The notes beneath the pieces were generated by a model. It was not told the origin of the DNA, ran no database searches, and saw only the letters and a list, made by a program, of their open reading frames with translations. From NCBI GenBank assembly GCA_050250515.1, contig JBFWON010000001.1:30035-94034 (forward strand): DNA of 64,000 bases. The letters are read 5' to 3'. Below, piece after piece: positions 28,479 through 38,062 of the stretch. Numbering within the stretch: position 1 is the first letter of the stretch; each line of letters opens with the position of its first letter. This DNA comes from Bdellovibrionales bacterium (GTDB lineage Bacteria; Bdellovibrionota; Bdellovibrionia; Bdellovibrionales; UBA1609). A program made the position numbers and the translations under genes.

Positions 28479-29438
28479 TTAAACCCCCTTGGCAAAGTCC
28501 TCAAAACTCTTCAATTCTTCCAAGCTGTTGATGTTCATGACTGAGATTTCGGCGTCAATTTTCTTAACCAGACCGGCCAAGACTCGGCCCGATCCACTCT
28601 CAACGGCCTTCGTCAGACCCAGATTTTTCATGGCGTGAATCGATTCGATCCAGCGAACCGGGGCGCAGATTTGCGAAACCAAATTCTCTCTCAATGCGCT
28701 CGCTTGATGAACCGGTGTGGCTGTAAAGTTTTGCACCACCGGAAAGCGTGCGTCGTTCATGTGAATGTCCGCAAGCTCGGCTTTCATAACGGTCTCGGCT
28801 GGCTTCATCATGGAACAATGAAAGGGCGCCGAAACCTTCAGCGGAATAAACTTCACTCGCGAGGCACCAGGAACTACGTCGGAGGAGTAGTTGGAGGCCA
28901 ACCAATCCAGAAGCGTTTTTTTACCGCTGATCACAATTTGTCCAGGGGCGTTCAAATTGGCCGGTTCGATCGGTCCGTCACCCGTCTTTTTCATGGCCCA
29001 CTCGCAAACCGTCTTGATCTGCCCACCATCGAGACCCATGACCGCCGTCATGCCGCCTTGACCTATGGGCACGGCTTCCTGCATGGCGCGCCCGCGCGTT
29101 CGAACCGCACGAATCGCCGCAGGGAAGGGCATGGCCTCGGCCGCAACGACCGCTGAGTACTCGCCGACAGAATGGCCCGCCGCCATTTTTGGAGTCAATC
29201 CAAACTCAGAATGCAGAACTCGAAATGTAGCCGTACTCACTAAAACGATAGCGGGTTGGGTATTCTCGGTGAGAGCCAGGTCGGATTCGGATCCATCGAA
29301 ACATAACTTTTTAAAATTCAAACTGATCGCATCCGAAGCTTCTTCAAAGCACTCTTTCGCGGTTTTGAACTGATCCCAAAGAAACTTCCCCATACCGGGG
29401 CTTTGCGAGCCTTGTCCTGGGAAAAGGGCTGCCAACAT
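28479..29438 (-). CDS. fabD: Malonyl-CoA:ACP transacylase
   Basis: FPGQGSQ and GHSVGEY motifs. Confidence 0.95.
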   Translation of the reverse strand: MLAALFPGQGSQSPGMGKFLWDQFKTAKECFEEASDAISLNFKKLCFDGSESDLALTENTQPAIVLVSTATFRVLHSEFGLTPKMAAGHSVGEYSAVVAAEAMPFPAAIRAVRTRGRAMQEAVPIGQGGMTAVMGLDGGQIKTVCEWAMKKTGDGPIEPANLNAPGQIVISGKKTLLDWLASNYSSDVVPGASRVKFIPLKVSAPFHCSMMKPAETVMKAELADIHMNDARFPVVQNFTATPVHQASALRENLVSQICAPVRWIESIHAMKNLGLTKAVESGSGRVLAGLVKKIDAEISVMNINSLEELKSFEDFAKGV

Positions 29439-29440
29439 TT

Positions 29441-30433
29441 TTAGTACCTCAGCAAGAGAGAGCCGCTGGTTATGCCAGCGCCAAAGGCTGTCAGTAAAAG
29501 ATTTTGACCTCGGGTGATACGCCCATCGCGAATGGCCCGGTCCATCGCTACGATAATAGTCGCGGCAGAAGTATTTCCAGTGTCTTCAATTTCCACTACG
29601 ACATGGTCCATTGAAATTCCAAAGTGTTTGGCCACAGCTTCAATAATACGAAGATTGGCTTGATGGGGAATAACCCATGCGACGTCATCGGGACCCATCC
29701 CGCTTTTTTCGAGTACGATCTCACAGCAGGCCGACATGGTCCGAACGGCGTTTTTAAAAATTTCACGGCCTTTCATGCGGACGTAATGCAAACCTTCGTC
29801 GACCACCTTTTGGGAAATCGGAATGGCCGTACCGCCTGCAGGAAGAGTGAAAAGATCTCCAATATCTCCGTCGGCGCGCAAATGGCTGCCGAAAAACTTA
29901 GAGTCCTGACCCTCTTCAGCCCGGGTCAGAACCGCAGCTCCGGCGCCATCGCCAAAGAGAATGCAGGTTTCGCGGTCTTTGTAATTGACGAAACGGTGGA
30001 GAATCTCGGCTCCCACCACCAAAATATTCTTCATCGCCCCCGATTTGATAAATTGATCGGCGATGGACATTGCATAAATAAATCCAGAACAGGCAGCAGA
30101 CACGTCAAGCGCACCACAATGCCCGGCGCCCAGCTTGGCTTGCAACATACATGCGGTATTGGGCATCGGTTGATCGGGTGAGGCCGTCGCGACAATAATG
30201 AAGTCGAGATCCGTGGGTTTAAGTCCAGCGGTTTTAAGCGCGATCTTTGCAGCCTCGTGAGCTAAATCGCTCGTAACCACACCGTCTTCGGCAATGCGCC
30301 TTGAGACAATGCCGGTCCGCTCTCGAATCCACTGGTCGTTGGTGTCGACCATCTTTTCGAGATCCTGATTGGTCAGGGTTTTCTCTGGGAGAAAGGCCCC
30401 GGTGCCGGCAATTCGTGTGCGGTATTCGGCCAT
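29441..30433 (-). CDS. fabH: 3-oxoacyl-ACP synthase III
   Basis: AACSGF Cys, HQAN, GNTSAA motifs. Confidence 0.95.
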   Translation of the reverse strand: MAEYRTRIAGTGAFLPEKTLTNQDLEKMVDTNDQWIRERTGIVSRRIAEDGVVTSDLAHEAAKIALKTAGLKPTDLDFIIVATASPDQPMPNTACMLQAKLGAGHCGALDVSAACSGFIYAMSIADQFIKSGAMKNILVVGAEILHRFVNYKDRETCILFGDGAGAAVLTRAEEGQDSKFFGSHLRADGDIGDLFTLPAGGTAIPISQKVVDEGLHYVRMKGREIFKNAVRTMSACCEIVLEKSGMGPDDVAWVIPHQANLRIIEAVAKHFGISMDHVVVEIEDTGNTSAATIIVAMDRAIRDGRITRGQNLLLTAFGAGITSGSLLLRY

Positions 30434-30437
30434 TTCG

Positions 30438-30617
30438 TTAAGCTTGCGCTGTTACGACTTCACGACCGCGATAGTAACCACAGCTCATGCAGACGTGATG
30501 TGGTTGGCTAATCGCACCACAATTCGGACAAGACTGGATTCCAGGAGCCGATATGTGGTCGTGCGAACGACGCATGTTACGCTTCGAGCGCGAGGTTTTC
30601 TTTTTCGGTGTTGGCAT
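30438..30617 (-). CDS. rpmF: 50S ribosomal protein L32 (59 aa, below the ORF-track cutoff)
   Basis: Hand translation of the minus strand gives [59 protein letters not shown]. Canonical position between yceD and the fab genes. Confidence 0.9.
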   Translation of the reverse strand: MPTPKKKTSRSKRNMRRSHDHISAPGIQSCPNCGAISQPHHVCMSCGYYRGREVVTAQA

Positions 30618-30671
30618 ACTCTCATCCCATTTCGTGAAAGGTTGGCATCATTATCAATTTGGCTAGTAAAA

Positions 30672-31250
30672 TCAATCCTTTAATTTCATCTTTTCAAGAA
30701 TCGCAAAGGGTTTGGTAGAAACCCCTAATTCCTGCCCATCTGGACCATAGCTCAGCCATGGGCGCTCCACCTGGCCCAATCGATTTTCGCAGGTGGTCTC
30801 GCAGTCCGGCTTACCGAGGGGCCGCAAGGGTTCAGAAAGAGCAATCATTTCATGCAGATAATTCGCAATTTCGAAGAGATCTGAGGTCAAAACCATGTAG
30901 TCGGGCCCATGCTCCTGCCACTCGTGAGCGTGATTGGCCCGGGTCTGCTGATCGCCTTTGGCCATCGGTTTTTCAATCACGATCAGTTCATTGAGGCGAA
31001 GCTGTACCGGATACTTGAATTCAAGAGCACACAATGAGCATTCCAAGTCTAATGAGGTTGAGACCGTCCCAGAGAGCAGGAATAGATTTCCCTGAGGTTC
31101 TACCCGAACCTGAATCTGGTAAGGGTTGTTTCCTAACACATCGGCCAGAATCCCATTTAATTCGCCTCCATTGCGGTCATAGACGAACTCGCGGCCTTCG
31201 GGGGGCAGCTCGCGTAGATGAATTTGAAGTGGAGAGAGGGCTTTTTTCAT
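30672..31250 (-). CDS. yceD: YceD/DUF177 family protein
   Basis: Conserved position upstream of rpmF, acidic tail, CSLC pattern. Confidence 0.75.
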   Translation of the reverse strand: MKKALSPLQIHLRELPPEGREFVYDRNGGELNGILADVLGNNPYQIQVRVEPQGNLFLLSGTVSTSLDLECSLCALEFKYPVQLRLNELIVIEKPMAKGDQQTRANHAHEWQEHGPDYMVLTSDLFEIANYLHEMIALSEPLRPLGKPDCETTCENRLGQVERPWLSYGPDGQELGVSTKPFAILEKMKLKD

Positions 31251-31325
31251 AGCCGGCCAATTTAGGCCTATGGCGCGACGCAGTCAAGAGGGCCAATTCG
31301 GCCGAATCAACTCTACAATTCATCT

Positions 31326-32147
31326 ATGGCGCGCGGAATCGCAGTTTTGCTGATTTTGACCTGGGTCCCTATGGCCTCAGCCAAGATATTTGTGACGAAG
31401 GGGGATTTGACCGTTTATTCCGAGCCCAAACGCACTTCGACGACGTTATTCCAGCTCATTCCCGGGCAGCGCATTTCAATCGGTAAGAAACGTTACGGGA
31501 AGTTTCGCAAAATTAAAGTTCGGCTCAATGGGGTCGTGCGGTCGGGATTTGTTTCTTTGGAAGATATCACTTCGCCAACTCCGTCTAAGCCACCAAAACC
31601 CAAGAAATGGGCGGGTGGAGTGGGGATGGCCTATTCCCGACTCAGCCAAGGTAGCAAGTCGTTTACCACGGATGATCAAGTGAATTACGACATCAGCGAA
31701 ATCAGCGGCCAAAACACGAACCCCTATGGACTTCTTCAGCTGGGATATGGCGGTTTCTGGCGCTTCTATATGGGTCTTCGCAATGTGGAGCTAAAAGGCA
31801 CCGCCAAGATTAATGTGACGGGTTCATCTTCACAGGATGTTCTTATCAATTACAAGATGTTGCAAATGGGCGTTCAGGTGGCTTGGGATCTTTGGAGCGA
31901 GCGTCTCTACGCCGGGGCCGGATTTGAGGTCTCGAAATCCTTATCGGGGTCGGTAAAAATGGGCTCGCGCAACTTATCAGACGCGGAGCTACCTACCTAC
32001 TTGGGTTTAATGGGCATTGTGGGCGCACATCTTCTCGTCGCGGATCCTTGGGCTCTGGTGGTGGAAGGGCACGCCGGCATTATTTCCAATCAGACCCCCT
32101 CTTTAACTGTCATGGAATTAGCCGTCGCTGGGCTGTACTGGTTCTAA
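31326..32147 (+). CDS. Putative outer-membrane protein (SH3-like N-domain plus beta-barrel)
   Basis: Signal peptide. SH3b-like GDLTVYSEPKRTS...GFVSLEDI. C-terminal strands ending in YWF. Confidence 0.4.
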   Translation: MARGIAVLLILTWVPMASAKIFVTKGDLTVYSEPKRTSTTLFQLIPGQRISIGKKRYGKFRKIKVRLNGVVRSGFVSLEDITSPTPSKPPKPKKWAGGVGMAYSRLSQGSKSFTTDDQVNYDISEISGQNTNPYGLLQLGYGGFWRFYMGLRNVELKGTAKINVTGSSSQDVLINYKMLQMGVQVAWDLWSERLYAGAGFEVSKSLSGSVKMGSRNLSDAELPTYLGLMGIVGAHLLVADPWALVVEGHAGIISNQTPSLTVMELAVAGLYWF

Positions 32148-32341
32148 CGTCCAAATACCTGAAATTACTTTATTTATCTAAAATAGCACTTGGGGTGGTG
32201 TCCACCGGGTGGACAGTTGCCGAGCGTGAACAGGGGATTGGCCAAATTTTGTACAGGCAAAAGCTTTGAAATCGAACAAAACGAATTCTGGCTGTGGCAC
32301 CACCGTTGCAATTCTCTTCGGCAAGGGACTGAAACGGGAGG

Positions 32342-32710
32342 ATGGAAATGAAAAAGACTTACGTAGGATTTGCTGTAGTCTTTATTGGTTTAGTTACGAA
32401 TGCGGCTTTTGCTGAAGATATGATGATTGAAAAACAATACGTTCAGACAAATGACTTCAATAAGATGATCAACGAGAACGTGCAGACAACAGAAGATATC
32501 CATAATCAAATTCAGCCACAGGCTGAGTTAGATCAAGAGGCCGGAGAAGCTAAATCGGTCTTGGATTTCGTCGATGTTGAAGTCGGCTGGGGCAATGCTG
32601 AAGAGCCCGGCCAAGTGGTCGATCGACGCTTTGATAGCGTAGGTCTCCCGCAGGTAGTTGATATCCGATCCGTCGACCTAGATGTCGAGCTGGTGGATAA
32701 AGGCTCCTAA
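32342..32710 (+). CDS. Small acidic secreted protein
   Basis: Signal peptide (FIGLVTNAAFA), then a D/E/Q-rich sequence. Confidence 0.4.
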   Translation: MEMKKTYVGFAVVFIGLVTNAAFAEDMMIEKQYVQTNDFNKMINENVQTTEDIHNQIQPQAELDQEAGEAKSVLDFVDVEVGWGNAEEPGQVVDRRFDSVGLPQVVDIRSVDLDVELVDKGS

Positions 32711-32771
32711 AACTTGTGATGTATTTAAGGTTTCCATAGACCCCCATACCCCCTATGGATGACCCCACTCG

Positions 32772-32805
32772 AGCCGGCTGGACCCCACCCGCCGGCTTTT
32801 TTTTT
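32772..32805 (+). terminator. Rho-independent terminator
   Basis: Stem AGCCGGC (32772-32778) pairs with GCCGGCT (32791-32797). 12-nt loop. The T9 run (32797-32805) includes the last stem base. Confidence 0.7.
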
Positions 32806-32848
32806 GCTTGCTGTTTTCCTTGTCATGCCAATGTACGTCGTCGGTATA

Positions 32849-33925
32849 ATGGACCCTATGATTTCATGGTTCATGATTGCCGGTGGGACAGTCGCCCTTA
32901 CCTTTGGTGCGGAACTCCTGATCAAAGGCGCGTCGACGCTTGCAACTCGATTTGGAATTTCACCTATCATAATTGGCCTTACAGTAGTGGCCTTTGGCAC
33001 GAGCGCCCCTGAAATGGCGGTCAGCGTGAATGCCGCGATTCGGGGCCAGGCTGATATCGCCGTGGGCAATGTCTTGGGTTCAAATATCCTAAATATCATG
33101 CTTATTTTGGGCGCCACGGCCTTGATTGCTCCGCTGTCGGTCCATCTGCAAATCATCCGTGTCGAGGTTCCCATCATGATCGCGGCAGGAGTCTTCACCT
33201 ATTTTTTCTCGCTGAGTGGCCAAATCGACCGCATGGAAGGAATTCTGACTCTGGGCCTATTGGTGGTCTATGTCCTTTTTCAGATTCGCAACTCCCTCGC
33301 CGAAAACAAGAAAGATTCGCGGGCGGGTGGGGTCATGGTTTCTCCTGTTTGGCAAGACGGCCTCAGGATTCTTTGCGGATTGTTTTTATTGGTCTTCGGA
33401 TCGGATTATTTTGTTCAAGGAGCGGTCACTATAGCTAGAGGGTTTGGAGTTTCGGAGCTGGTCATAGGTCTGACCGTCGTGTCCGTGGGGACATCTCTTC
33501 CCGAAATCGCCACCAGTTTAATGGCTGCATTGAAAAAGCAGACGGACATCGCCGTAGGCAATGTGGTGGGCTCGAATATTTTTAACAGTCTCGGGGTATT
33601 GGGAATTGCTGGTTCGGCTTCTCCGAGTCCAGTGCAAGTTTCGCCCCAGGTATTGAGCTTTGATTTCCCTTTGTCGATCGCGGTTTCTCTACTATGTTTT
33701 CCACTTTTTTTGCGAGGCCTAAAAATCGGCCGATTAGAAGGCTTCGGCTTTCTCATTGGATATATTGCCTACGTTGGCTTTCTTATTTTGGACCAATGGG
33801 GAAACCCCATGGTTTCAGGCAAGCACGCACAAGTCGTTCATTTCATTTTCCCGCTGGTCGCCTTTTTGTTGATTGTCTATGCGGCAAGAGAACTCATCGC
33901 TCATCCTCGAGGCAAAAAGACATAA
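32849..33925 (+). CDS. Ca2+/Na+ antiporter (CaCA / YrbG family)
   Basis: Two alpha-repeats, GTSAPE and GTSLPE. The start is placed downstream of the terminator. Candidates are 32825, 32831, 32849 and 32858; the track start 32759 runs through the terminator. Confidence 0.85.
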   Translation: MDPMISWFMIAGGTVALTFGAELLIKGASTLATRFGISPIIIGLTVVAFGTSAPEMAVSVNAAIRGQADIAVGNVLGSNILNIMLILGATALIAPLSVHLQIIRVEVPIMIAAGVFTYFFSLSGQIDRMEGILTLGLLVVYVLFQIRNSLAENKKDSRAGGVMVSPVWQDGLRILCGLFLLVFGSDYFVQGAVTIARGFGVSELVIGLTVVSVGTSLPEIATSLMAALKKQTDIAVGNVVGSNIFNSLGVLGIAGSASPSPVQVSPQVLSFDFPLSIAVSLLCFPLFLRGLKIGRLEGFGFLIGYIAYVGFLILDQWGNPMVSGKHAQVVHFIFPLVAFLLIVYAARELIAHPRGKKT

Positions 33926-33972
33926 GAGCCTACTCAAAATCGCAGGCCCCTTTGCTTTCTCAAGACTTCAAT

Positions 33973-36900
33973 CTACTGCAGCGCTGCCTCGCAGGGGGAA
34001 TTCACGGTCCTTGGTTCGACTTGCGCAATAGGTGCGTCGGCCGGGATTTCAACCGAGGCATACTGTTTCGCCTTGCGCTCTTTCGCGATCTCATTGATAT
34101 CGGCCATCTTAGATGGAACGAGGACACCGTTTTCAAATTCGATACTGAGATCGTGAGCTGGCTTAGCCGCTGAAGACCAAGGCCAAAGAGAAGCCAATGA
34201 CCAACCCTTGCGCTTCTTAGGGGCCGCAGCACTAGGCTTTACCAACTCGGCCGTCTGGTAGAACTCTTGGAGCTTCTTTGCGTCCATTTCACCCAGCTCC
34301 GCAAGTTTGGCGCCCATTGGAATCAAACCATTTTTGAAATTAGCCTCGAGGGAAGCGCGCGCGAGAGCCTCGCCTTCTTCTAAAAGACTTTGAACTTCAG
34401 CCTCCAACTTTTGTTTGGCGGATTCAGATAAAGTCCCAATGTACTCCTGGACCTGCCAGCCGGAGGGAACGGCGTAATTGCCCCAAGTTCGGCCTAAGCC
34501 GTACTTAATCACGGCGTCTTGAGCCATTCGGGTGGCCCGTTCAAGGTCATTGCTCTTACCGGCCGAATCGCGGCCTCCTTTGACCACGAGCTGCTCGGCT
34601 ACGTAGCCGGCCGCGAGAACAGCAATCTGGCGCACGAAGTATTCCCGCGTGTAGGAGATTTCTTTGCTCTTTTCATATTGAGCGACACCGGCGTAGTAGA
34701 TCCATCGATCGCCAATGCGTGAGACACCGGGGATTACAGAAATCTTGACGCCGTCGAAGGCCCCTTCGAAAAGAATTCGTCGGACGAGTTCGTGACCGGC
34801 TTCATGATAAGCGGTGACAAGCTGCTCAGAAAGATTTCGCTCGAGAGATTTTTCGACGTAGGGTCTTCGAATTTTGAGCGAAAGAATTTCGGACTGACCT
34901 TCAACGGACACTTCGTAATTTACATATCCAGGGTTATGTTCGTCGTGATTCGAGGTCTTTTCTTTGAATTTAACCAAAACTTTGGCCCCGCTAGGAACCT
35001 TGTTCTGCAAAAGCAAATTCTTAAGTGGTTCCTCCACGTCGTCGCGAACAAAGCTCTCAATCGAAGCCCCTTGGTAACGAAGGGAGAATCCTTCCTCGAC
35101 CACCGTATCAATGAAATCGCTGTATTCCTGCTGGGTCGGGAAAAGGACCTTCCATCCCCGTCGACTGTCCGTCGAGCTCAGTCTTTTCAAAGCTTGACCC
35201 AACTTCAACTGGGCCAGCTGTCGGAGAGAGCGGTAGTTATGAGGTGGCATAAAGAAAATATTGTTGCGGCCAATCCGGGTGATCAACGGCTCTGGATAGT
35301 ATTTCTCAAGAACTTGGCGCTGGAGCTCAGGGTCATTTTGTGTTTGACGAGCGATCTCTTCCCAAGCGTACATCTGAACCGCCATTGGAACATCACGGGG
35401 CACGCCGCTATAGAGTTCCTGGCCGGGGTTTCCGGTGACAACGACGGTCACCCCACCCATGGGTCGGGCTTTTCCATCTGAGAACGTGTGCATCACCGGC
35501 TCGCGGAAGAAATCGTATAGGGCCTTGAGCAAATCCATATCGCGAACGTTGGCGAGTTCGTCGAAGGCGACGATCAACTTTCCACCATTACGGTCATAAT
35601 GCTTCATAAATTCAGAGGGAATGGCATTTCCCGCGCCATCCTTTAGCCCCAGAATCTTAACTTTGAAGTCATGCAGCGTCTGAATCTGGGAGAAATCGAA
35701 GGTGATAAGTTCATCATCTGACTTTCGCACCAGTCGAGCCAACTGTTTCGCGGTTTCTGTTTTACCTGTACTGGATAGTCCATTGAGCATTATGACGTTT
35801 ACAGGACGGGACGAGGAGCCCTGACTTTCATTTTCAATATTAAGAATGCGCTGAGCAATTCGCTCCACCACCTCATCGATACCAAAAACGTGCTGTTTCA
35901 ATTGGCCGGCGAGACCAGCGAGCTCCTCGATGCGGCTGTCGGAAATCGGCTCCGCAGGGATGTCTTTCAGCGTCGCACGGATCAGCTGGCGAAGGTTTTT
36001 CTTTTGACCTCCGCCCTCGGCTTCAATCACCAAGCTGAGAGTACGATCGTCGTTGCTCGCAATCGAGAGTTTTATCTTGAGTCGCTCAGCCTGAGGTAAA
36101 CGGCCTTCCCTCAGGGCATCGATCAACGGCTGCTCGACTAAGCTGGCCAATCGACCAAAGATGGGTCGAGCATTCTCCTCTGGGGAGTAGTCGTACCCCT
36201 GAACCATTTTTAGGACGTCGGGTCCCCATTCCAGGTGGATTTTGCCAATCATATCCGAATCACTCATCTTGCGACTGAGATCCTCGAGGCCGATCTTTGC
36301 GATCTTTTGCAAATCCTCGGGAGAGAGGGGCCGCATCAGAAGAACTAAATCGTCGGGGACCCGGTTGAGCATTTCTTCGGAAATTCCAGGTTTAGATTCG
36401 TCACGATCAGCGCCGTTGGCTCGACCATTGGTGGCTAGAATTTCGGCTTTAAGAGCCGCCTTATTGTGATGAACATGCTCCCATTTGGCGAGGATCTGCT
36501 CGTACGACATCGGCTTTCCATGCCGTTGGCCGTTGGATTCTCGCGAAGTGACAAGACCAATACCTTCATTCGAGGCAATGACGAAGCGGATAGGGACGAA
36601 GATCTCAGATAGGCCTCCGTTCGGGTTGTTGATCGTGAATCGGCCCTTTTCAAGGGCTTCTTTCAAAAACTGATCCTTCATTGATTTGGACCAGTTGTGA
36701 AATTCATTTACAAATACAATGCCGGTGTTGGGAGGGAAGTAACCTTGTAAAGTCTCACCCTTAAAGTCCTTGTTTTCGAGGACCTTGTAGGTCTCTTTGC
36801 CGCTGCCAGTGCCCTGAGTTTTCTCGATTTTGTATCTTCCACCGGAATGTTGAACGAGGAATTCCAGAAATGGCGGGAAATTGTCCGAACCTACATAGCC

Positions 36901-37848
36901 TGTGGCGGAGCCCAAAAGTTGCCACAGGTCCGCGTTGGCCCGAAGTTTCGGCATGCGAAACATATGTTTCCGATGAGCCATCTTAAATCCATGAAGGGCA
37001 TCGGTCAGCACTTCAGCGGCCGTATCTTTACCTGTTCCAGGTAGGCCCATTAGATAAATCACGTCGGGTAGGGCCCGGGACTTTTCATAAAGCTGCGCCC
37101 GCCATTCGAGATCGACAAGGGCTTGAATCACTTCTGGTTGGCCGACAATTCGAGCTTCCAGATAATCTTGGAAGCGTTTCATGTAGGCGTCACCTCTTTG
37201 GCTTTTGCCAATGATGTGATTGATGTGATCGTTAAGATCCAAAAGAGGTGTGCGATTGTTCTCTAAAATTTTGTAGGTGAAAACCAATTGGCGGGTGGTC
37301 CCGTCGTCGGTGGGATCGACCAGACCTAAGCGTGCGACGTGCTCTTCGATTACATCCGTTAATTCTTCAAGGTAGCGCGACGGAGAAGCAGTTCCAATTT
37401 TAGCCATTGTATCTAGAGCTAGGGCCATGACCTCAAGACTGCCTTTACCATTGTCTTTAAGGCCACGTTTCATCTCGTTGCGCAGGACTGCGAAAAGCGC
37501 TTCCACCGCTTCTTGTGTTTGGTACTGACCAAGCGCCGAAACTCGATAGAGTGGAATCGCATTGTTGTTGGATCGACCTAAGACCTCTTTCAAGAAGGCG
37601 AGGTCCTCATTCAGCATATCTCGAAGAGCTTCTAAATCGGCCTGATCCAGGGATTTAATGTACTCGGTAGTGTAGACCGTGGATTCTTCGTTCCCATCTT
37701 TGGTCCAACCCTCAGAAGAAAAGGCCAGAGCCCAGACTGACAAGCAAACCAGTGCTAATTTTTTCACGAATTCCCCTCTCACCCTTTTTACTGATCCACC
37801 CCGGATCCTGAGAGGCTGTGCTATCGAATGCTTAGAGAGAGTGTCCAC
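33973..37848 (-). CDS. Large fusion protein: signal-like N-terminus, helical region, two ClpB-D2-type AAA+ modules, FtsH-type M41 zinc peptidase domain
   Basis: Module 1: IVGQPEVIQAL, GLPGTGKD, IVFVNEF, NARPI. Module 2: GLSSTGKT, IVAFDEL. M41: TAYHEAGHELV and GKSNDLERATRMAQDAV. Likely start is the GTG at 37767, after GAGAGGGG, giving MKKLALVCLSVWALAFSS. Confidence 0.8.
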   Translation of the reverse strand: MDTLSKHSIAQPLRIRGGSVKRVRGEFVKKLALVCLSVWALAFSSEGWTKDGNEESTVYTTEYIKSLDQADLEALRDMLNEDLAFLKEVLGRSNNNAIPLYRVSALGQYQTQEAVEALFAVLRNEMKRGLKDNGKGSLEVMALALDTMAKIGTASPSRYLEELTDVIEEHVARLGLVDPTDDGTTRQLVFTYKILENNRTPLLDLNDHINHIIGKSQRGDAYMKRFQDYLEARIVGQPEVIQALVDLEWRAQLYEKSRALPDVIYLMGLPGTGKDTAAEVLTDALHGFKMAHRKHMFRMPKLRANADLWQLLGSATGYVGSDNFPPFLEFLVQHSGGRYKIEKTQGTGSGKETYKVLENKDFKGETLQGYFPPNTGIVFVNEFHNWSKSMKDQFLKEALEKGRFTINNPNGGLSEIFVPIRFVIASNEGIGLVTSRESNGQRHGKPMSYEQILAKWEHVHHNKAALKAEILATNGRANGADRDESKPGISEEMLNRVPDDLVLLMRPLSPEDLQKIAKIGLEDLSRKMSDSDMIGKIHLEWGPDVLKMVQGYDYSPEENARPIFGRLASLVEQPLIDALREGRLPQAERLKIKLSIASNDDRTLSLVIEAEGGGQKKNLRQLIRATLKDIPAEPISDSRIEELAGLAGQLKQHVFGIDEVVERIAQRILNIENESQGSSSRPVNVIMLNGLSSTGKTETAKQLARLVRKSDDELITFDFSQIQTLHDFKVKILGLKDGAGNAIPSEFMKHYDRNGGKLIVAFDELANVRDMDLLKALYDFFREPVMHTFSDGKARPMGGVTVVVTGNPGQELYSGVPRDVPMAVQMYAWEEIARQTQNDPELQRQVLEKYYPEPLITRIGRNNIFFMPPHNYRSLRQLAQLKLGQALKRLSSTDSRRGWKVLFPTQQEYSDFIDTVVEEGFSLRYQGASIESFVRDDVEEPLKNLLLQNKVPSGAKVLVKFKEKTSNHDEHNPGYVNYEVSVEGQSEILSLKIRRPYVEKSLERNLSEQLVTAYHEAGHELVRRILFEGAFDGVKISVIPGVSRIGDRWIYYAGVAQYEKSKEISYTREYFVRQIAVLAAGYVAEQLVVKGGRDSAGKSNDLERATRMAQDAVIKYGLGRTWGNYAVPSGWQVQEYIGTLSESAKQKLEAEVQSLLEEGEALARASLEANFKNGLIPMGAKLAELGEMDAKKLQEFYQTAELVKPSAAAPKKRKGWSLASLWPWSSAAKPAHDLSIEFENGVLVPSKMADINEIAKERKAKQYASVEIPADAPIAQVEPRTVNSPCEAALQ

Positions 37849-38062
37849 GCTCGAATTCAGCTCGGCTTAAATCCTGAGCAAGGCCACCTAGGAAATTAGT
37901 TCATAGAAATCATAATTTTTGCATGGGTTTAATGGATCACTCTCAATCAGATCCGTCATGCGGGTGCCGTGTGAACCCAATTTGGAACCTAGAAAAACTT
38001 ACAGGGTAAAATCTGTCGCCACTTTTAGTGCGGCGTTGCATAATGGAAAATAATTGGTTCAA

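Noticed and set aside
28635-30181. 173-aa and 185-aa plus-strand ORFs antisense to fabD and fabH.
   Set aside because: The opposite frames encode unmistakable FabD and FabH with active-site motifs. These are shadow ORFs.
32725-33198. 157-aa (-) and 85-aa (+, 32755-33012) ORFs overlapping the start of the antiporter gene.
   Set aside because: The CaCA frame has both alpha-repeat signatures. The alternatives run through the terminator hairpin or antisense to TM-coding sequence.
34792-35481. 229-aa plus-strand ORF inside the 1291-aa AAA+/M41 gene.
   Set aside because: It is entirely antisense to a frame that carries Walker, sensor and HEXXH motifs. It has no motifs or start context of its own.
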